From the IMG/VR virus record IMGVR_UViG_3300038673_000995, positions 1-40,346 of that record: DNA of 40,346 nt, one strand, 5' to 3'. Shown one piece after another: positions 36,331-40,346 of this stretch. The position numbers and the translations under genes are program-made. The DNA is from a virus. Lineage: Duplodnaviria > Caudoviricetes. A model generated the notes under the pieces. That model was not told where the DNA came from. It made no database searches and saw only the letters and a list, made by a program, of their open reading frames with translations. Every line of letters begins with the position of its first letter. Positions within the stretch are counted from its first letter, which is position 1.

Positions 36331-36635
36331 AAGCTAAATTTAAAAAAATAGCTGAAAAACAACCCTGCCCCAGATGCAACTCAAAAGCAACTAGCACAGT
36401 CCGATACATCGGCGAAAACTTCTATATGGGGGATTGGTTGCGCTGCCGAAGCTGTGGAGTTCACACACAAACTTATCAACCTTCGCTGAAAAACATCATA
36501 GAAATCAGGCATGTACAGTCGGAGACTCTAAAGATGCCAGATGATTATGTGGAAGAAGCTTTAGAAGCCCGCCGTGAGTTTGACCGTCGCATTGAGCGCC
36601 GACATGACGCAGCCCGCGCAGTGAGGGGATACTAA
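36327..36635 (+). CDS. Zinc-ribbon protein
   Basis: CPRC...CRSC; GGAGG SD. Confidence 0.7.
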   Translation: MKAKFKKIAEKQPCPRCNSKATSTVRYIGENFYMGDWLRCRSCGVHTQTYQPSLKNIIEIRHVQSETLKMPDDYVEEALEARREFDRRIERRHDAARAVRGY

Positions 36636-36934
36636 TGAAAAAACAAACCTTAACTGAACTATTAAAAGCCCAAGTCGACTACAACTTTTACGAAGCAGAC
36701 GCAGATACTAAGCGTTTCATTGTCGGCACAGCCAGAGCGATGGCGATAACTTTCCTTAACCAATTCCGTGAGCAAGTGGAGAAGATACCAACCCGCGACG
36801 CAGGGGAAATAGATTATAAAGGCGCTCAAACGGATTTAATCACCGAGATTCTTTCTTATACGGGTGAGGTTGAAGCTGTCGGTAGAGGCGGCAGGCAGGT
36901 TAGCCGTGTGGAGGTCAAAGTGGATGTTTTCTAA
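36635..36934 (+). CDS. Hypothetical protein
   Basis: TAATG coupling. Confidence 0.6.
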   Translation: MKKQTLTELLKAQVDYNFYEADADTKRFIVGTARAMAITFLNQFREQVEKIPTRDAGEIDYKGAQTDLITEILSYTGEVEAVGRGGRQVSRVEVKVDVF

Positions 36935-37109
36935 GGCTTGCCAATACTGCACAGACGCCGTCGCCGAAGAGTGCCCCCGCTGTGGCTGCTCTCGCCACGT
37001 CCAAGCGGTGCAGGCGAAGATAGAGGCGCAAGACCGGGAGCTATCGAAGTTACGCGCTGAGTTGGAGTTGGGTAGGAGGCGGTTTTGTGAGCAACAAAAC
37101 ATACGATAA
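36924..37109 (+). CDS. Small zinc-finger/coiled-coil protein
   Basis: CQYC...CPRC; GGAGG SD. Confidence 0.6.
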   Translation: MFSKACQYCTDAVAEECPRCGCSRHVQAVQAKIEAQDRELSKLRAELELGRRRFCEQQNIR

Positions 37110-37126
37110 CTCAACAGGAGATAAAG

Positions 37127-37276
37127 ATGTCACACGTTAACCGCTATGTTCAAGGAATGTATTTCAGATGCCTTTTAGACTGCTCTAAAACTATGGATGA
37201 ATGCGGAGAGAAAATTAGAACACATAAGTGCTTACAGTTGGATGCGAACCAACAATCAGGTGCTGCGCATGAGTGA
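37127..37276 (+). CDS. Small Cys-containing protein (49 aa, not in ORF track)
   Basis: AGGAG SD; MSHVNRYVQGMYFRCLLDC... Confidence 0.5.
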   Translation: MSHVNRYVQGMYFRCLLDCSKTMDECGEKIRTHKCLQLDANQQSGAAHE

Positions 37277-37442
37277 AGCCGACGTTTTTGTGCGTCAGGA
37301 AGCTGCGTTAGAAGCGGTGCGTTCGCTAGCGGTGGATGTGTTTGGGGAACCCAAAAAGAAGCTACTCGCCTGTGAGGACTTCGCAACCTTCACCATTGAT
37401 AAATGTAAAAGTTGCCCCGAGGCTGAGAAATGTGACACCTGA
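37269..37442 (+). CDS. Small Cys-rich protein
   Basis: ATG 37269 overlapping upstream stop; CKSC. Confidence 0.5.
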   Translation: MSEADVFVRQEAALEAVRSLAVDVFGEPKKKLLACEDFATFTIDKCKSCPEAEKCDT

Positions 37443-37719
37443 AGAAACACAGAAGATAGAAGAGGCAATCCGTCAGCTTGAAGCTTGGCGACTGGATTAT
37501 GCGGCGCTACGGAAAGAAGTAGAGAGATTGAAAGTTGTGAATGCGGGTTTGTTGCAGAACTTCAAGAGCCAACAAGATGAAACGGTAGCTTTACGTAAAC
37601 GGTTCGATGAAGCTAACACGATTTTGAATTTAGCGGAGTTTGAGGATTTAACTGGCGCTCATAAAGTCGGCTGGTCGAATTGGCAAGCCTTGAGAGAGCT
37701 GTTGAACTGGAAGGCGTAA
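37432..37719 (+). CDS. Coiled-coil protein
   Basis: GTG 37432; heptad pattern. Confidence 0.55.
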   Translation: MTPEETQKIEEAIRQLEAWRLDYAALRKEVERLKVVNAGLLQNFKSQQDETVALRKRFDEANTILNLAEFEDLTGAHKVGWSNWQALRELLNWKA

Positions 37720-37724
37720 CACCG

Positions 37725-37916
37725 ATGCAGACAATTAAGTGTCGTGCCTGCGGTGCCGAAATCCTCTTAGTTCCCGACGTGGCTTTGATGGCTGAGGCGA
37801 TTAATCGCCATGCGGCAGAGCATCGTGCTAGCGGTAATGTTCTTGAGGGGTTGGTGCGGTTGGATTTGACTCAGCAGGCAGTTGCGGCGGCGGCTGCAAC
37901 CCCAGAACTCCGCTAG
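37725..37916 (+). CDS. Small C2H2-type zinc-binding protein
   Basis: CRACGAEILLVPD...HAAEH. Confidence 0.6.
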   Translation: MQTIKCRACGAEILLVPDVALMAEAINRHAAEHRASGNVLEGLVRLDLTQQAVAAAAATPELR

Positions 37917-37957
37917 CCATAATGTTAAGCTTAAGCTTACGTTTGCGTTTTTCCTCT

Positions 37958-38004
37958 GTTATAGTTTTACTGTAACAACCTTTATATTATAGTATTACTA
38001 TAAC
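37958..38004 (+). promoter_or_regulatory. TATA box flanked by two palindromic operator-like sites
   Basis: GTTATAGTTTTACTGTAAC (37958-37976), TTTATA (37981-37986), ATTATAGTATTACTATAAC (37986-38004). Confidence 0.65.
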
Positions 38005-38023
38005 ATTATTGAGGAAAACAAAA

Positions 38024-38266
38024 ATGAACACCCAAAAAAACGATGAAAATTATTTCGCGTGTAAAAAAGCATTCCAAGAATGGGACGGCAAAAACGGAAC
38101 CGACCTAAAACAGAAATTGAAAGAAATATTCACTCCGCAAGTTCAAGCAGAAATGAACCAACAAGCAAGAATATACGAAGCCCAACGCCCCACAGAAGAA
38201 GCATTGGCACACGCCCAAACTGTGGCGTGGAAAACGGGCGAGGTCAACCCAAGCCTTATACGGTGA
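38024..38266 (+). CDS. Hypothetical protein
   Basis: Follows promoter; GAGG upstream. Confidence 0.55.
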   Translation: MNTQKNDENYFACKKAFQEWDGKNGTDLKQKLKEIFTPQVQAEMNQQARIYEAQRPTEEALAHAQTVAWKTGEVNPSLIR

Positions 38267-38439
38267 AAAAAAAAATGGAAACCGTCAACGGTATGCTGAA
38301 ATGTCCCTGTTGTGGGGCATTCATCGCCAATAGCTGGGAAGAAAAAGACGCTTTACGCCGAAGACTGAACCGCGAGTATGCGCAGATGCGGCGTGATTCT
38401 ACCCGTCAACGGAAGTTTGGAGCGAAAAAATACAAGTAA
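38263..38439 (+). CDS. Small basic protein with CPCC motif
   Basis: GTGA overlap with upstream gene. Confidence 0.5.
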   Translation: MKKKMETVNGMLKCPCCGAFIANSWEEKDALRRRLNREYAQMRRDSTRQRKFGAKKYK

Positions 38440-38455
38440 CAGCCAGCCCGGCAGC

Positions 38456-38482
38456 TCAGAACTCAGATGCCCAGCCCCGCAG
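38456..38482 (+). repeat. Dispersed intergenic repeat, copy 2
   Basis: TCAGAACTCAGAtgcCCAGCCCCGcAG. Confidence 0.65.
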
Positions 38483-38652
38483 AACTCAACTGCTCGGCTC
38501 GGCGCTTTTTTCACTTTCAATGGTGGGCATGAATGGAGAAACGGTTTTCACCCCCCTCTCTCCCGTATCCCTGTAGTACGGCAGACCGCAAACGGTTTAT
38601 TTTGCATAATCTTAAATGCTGATTTCCAGAGAATCACGTTTGAGAGGGATGT

Positions 38653-38832
38653 ATGACGGTGGATGCTTATGTGCGGGGTTGGGATGATTGCTTGGAGGCA
38701 GTCGCTAAGATTTTGGCGGGGTCTAAGGATTTGGATGCTGCAAAGGGAAAAATTGACAGGTTGGGGCAGGCGATTAAGGACGATAAGTTTGAGAAAATCA
38801 AATATGAACTAAAGGCTTTTGACCTCTTCTAA
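38653..38832 (+). CDS. Small helical protein (59 aa, not in ORF track)
   Basis: MTVDAYVRGWDDCLEAVAKIL...; GAGGG SD. Confidence 0.6.
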   Translation: MTVDAYVRGWDDCLEAVAKILAGSKDLDAAKGKIDRLGQAIKDDKFEKIKYELKAFDLF

Positions 38833-39005
38833 ATCTTGTCTTGTTTTTTTAACGCTTCATATTTTTCGGTAATTAGATTTCGAACTAGGTCGGTGTTGTT
38901 TCTGATGCCGAGTCTTTTTTTGATTGCTGTGAATTGTCTTTGTAGGTCTCCGTCAAGTACAAGTTTGACTGATTCGGGGGTTCCTTCTTTTCTAGGCTTT
39001 GGCAC
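38829..39005 (-). CDS. Ribbon-helix-helix (CopG-like) regulator (58 aa, not in ORF track)
   Basis: SVKLVLDGDLQRQFTAIKKRLGIRNNTDLVRNLITEKY. Confidence 0.7.
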   Translation of the reverse strand: MPKPRKEGTPESVKLVLDGDLQRQFTAIKKRLGIRNNTDLVRNLITEKYEALKKQDKI

Positions 39006-39156
39006 AAGTTAGCCCTCTTTGGCACTTTTTGTGTTAAAAGGCAATATAAGCTTTACTGACTGAGAGAGCATATTTCCATTCTCGATATACATCTTTTTGT
39101 TCAATAGGCTTAAATTGACTCATGATGACTTAAGGAGTGTTAAGGTGGGTTAACGC

Positions 39157-39309
39157 TTGGAAGATAAAAGTGGAGTAAAAGTAGTGTTTGAGGGTGAAAT
39201 GCTTGAAAAAGTCAATGCCCTTAAAAGCTATTATGGCGTTCAAAGCAACGCCGAGCTAATCAGAATTTTAGTTAAAGACCGGGCGCGGCAGCTTAAGGTG
39301 GAGGCGTAG
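39157..39309 (+). CDS. Ribbon-helix-helix (CopG-like) regulator (50 aa, not in ORF track)
   Basis: GVKVVFEGEMLEKVNALKSYYGVQSNAELIRILVKDRA; AGGTG SD. Confidence 0.7.
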   Translation: MEDKSGVKVVFEGEMLEKVNALKSYYGVQSNAELIRILVKDRARQLKVEA

Positions 39310-39312
39310 TTT

Positions 39313-39525
39313 TTGGGCGACTTCACAATCGAAATCAAAACCATCCAAAACGGCTTCACCGTAAAATTCTACGACGGCACCAGCCTAAGCGTAGAAGGTG
39401 ACTACATGGTTTTCTGTGATTCTTGGCGGGCTGTCACTGCTGCAATCAGTCAGTGGAAGAGTAAGTTTGGCGGGTGGCTGGATAGTTATCCTGCTTTGCC
39501 GAAAGCTGAGGCAGAGGAAAGTTAG
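39313..39525 (+). CDS. Hypothetical protein
   Basis: GGAGG SD; IEIKTIQNGFTV. Confidence 0.6.
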   Translation: MGDFTIEIKTIQNGFTVKFYDGTSLSVEGDYMVFCDSWRAVTAAISQWKSKFGGWLDSYPALPKAEAEES

Positions 39526-39558
39526 GGTTTCAAAAAAAAATTGAGTGTGTGTGGGTGT

Positions 39559-39870
39559 ATGGGAAAGGAAAACAAAACACAAGTAACTGTACAAGACGCG
39601 ATTAAGCAAGCGGTAGGCGGCTTTGACCATTGCCTCCGTCTGGTCCTCGCAAGTATTGACATGTTGAAAGAGGAGAATGCGGTGTTGCGGCGGCGTGTCT
39701 CTGATTTGGAGGCGGTGGCTGTTGACTTAGACCTGCGAGTGGGTAATGTTGAGGTTCGGGTCGGCATGGAGTCTAAGCTGTGTTTACCTCTTTTTTCGGC
39801 TGGGTCCTGTGTGGAGGGCGCATTATCCAAGTTACCGGATTTAGAACAACCTTCGGAGGTGTCAAACTGA
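39559..39870 (+). CDS. Coiled-coil protein
   Basis: LKEENAVLRRRVSDLE heptads; TGATG coupling to next gene. Confidence 0.55.
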   Translation: MGKENKTQVTVQDAIKQAVGGFDHCLRLVLASIDMLKEENAVLRRRVSDLEAVAVDLDLRVGNVEVRVGMESKLCLPLFSAGSCVEGALSKLPDLEQPSEVSN

Positions 39871-40346
39871 TGACAGAAAAAACAGTCACAGGCTACAAAT
39901 TCGTCACATCCGACTTGAAAAGCCGAAACGGCAACCAAACACAGTGGGCAGTAGGCGAATGGCAAAAAGCAGAAGGCGAACTCGAATTATGCAGCAACGG
40001 TTTCCACGCCAGCCACACCCCACTCGACAGTTTACAGTACACTTATGGTGACCTATGGTTCATTGTTGAGGCAAGGGGCGAGGTGGTTGAGGGTGACGAT
40101 AAGTTCTGCGCTCGTGAAATGCGCTTAATCCAAGAGTTGCCCGTCGATAAGATTCTGGTTAACTTTGCGATTCTTTGCGCTCGGCGGTGTTACAAGAATT
40201 ATAAGGCTCAGTATCCCGAGGATAAGGTTGTTTTTGCGGCGATTAAAGCGGCAGAAAAATGCGTTGCCATTCCCTCAAAGGAAAACGTTGATGCTGCGTG
40301 GAGTGCTGCGAGTGCTGCGTGGAGTGCTGCGTGGAGTGCTGCGAGT
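39870..40346 (+). CDS. Conserved phage protein (CxxGFHA domain) with Ala/Trp/Ser repeats, 3'-truncated
   Basis: Manual translation MTEKTVTGYKF...LELCSNGFHASHTPLD...AAWSAASAAWSAAWSAAS; GGAGGTG SD; runs off the window. Confidence 0.75.
   Translation, partial: MTEKTVTGYKFVTSDLKSRNGNQTQWAVGEWQKAEGELELCSNGFHASHTPLDSLQYTYGDLWFIVEARGEVVEGDDKFCAREMRLIQELPVDKILVNFAILCARRCYKNYKAQYPEDKVVFAAIKAAEKCVAIPSKENVDAAWSAASAAWSAAWSAAS
40293..40346 (+). repeat. Coding tandem repeat GCTGCG(TGG)AGT, five units
   Basis: 12- and 9-nt units encoding AAWS/AAS up to the window end. Confidence 0.85.

Noticed and set aside
39522-39965. 147-aa minus-strand ORF
   Set aside because: Opposes coupled + strand genes that have SD sites
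40293-40346. Tandem repeat as possible CRISPR or terminal repeat
   Set aside because: No spacers; in-frame AAWS coding repeat, probably the cause of a contig break
1-40346. Integrase, att sites, tRNA, replication genes
   Set aside because: None recognised by eye; genome is incomplete, so lifestyle and replication mode cannot be fixed

Overview
Large, incomplete fragment of a tailed (Caudoviricetes, siphovirus-like) virus or provirus of an archaeal host. TATA-like promoters, GAGGTGA Shine-Dalgarno sites, U-tract terminators and archaeal wHTH/RHH/AbrB regulators support an archaeal host; several small proteins resemble families I recall from Bathyarchaeia, which is an inference. The + strand carries a near-complete morphogenesis operon (about 2.1-32.2 kb): TerS, TerL, portal, intein-split MuF, protease/scaffold, HK97-fold capsid, a ~9 kb glycosylation/methylation island, adaptor, tail tube, chaperone, tape measure and baseplate/fibre. 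A minus-strand accessory block and early regulatory genes with two divergent switches follow. No integrase, replicative helicase/polymerase, tRNA or CRISPR array was seen. Top observation: the 320-aa intein in MuF has no recognisable in-frame homing endonuclease. Instead, an HTH + DUF559/Vsr-like endonuclease gene lies on the opposite strand inside the intein, in exact codon register, with its own candidate promoter. Other highlights are a TCC-TTT-CGC +1 frameshift in the tail chaperone, two LanB-elimination-domain-like proteins and a GT75 mutase in the modification island, and a divergent pair of paralogous RHH regulators. All family assignments are by eye from motifs; no database searches were run.
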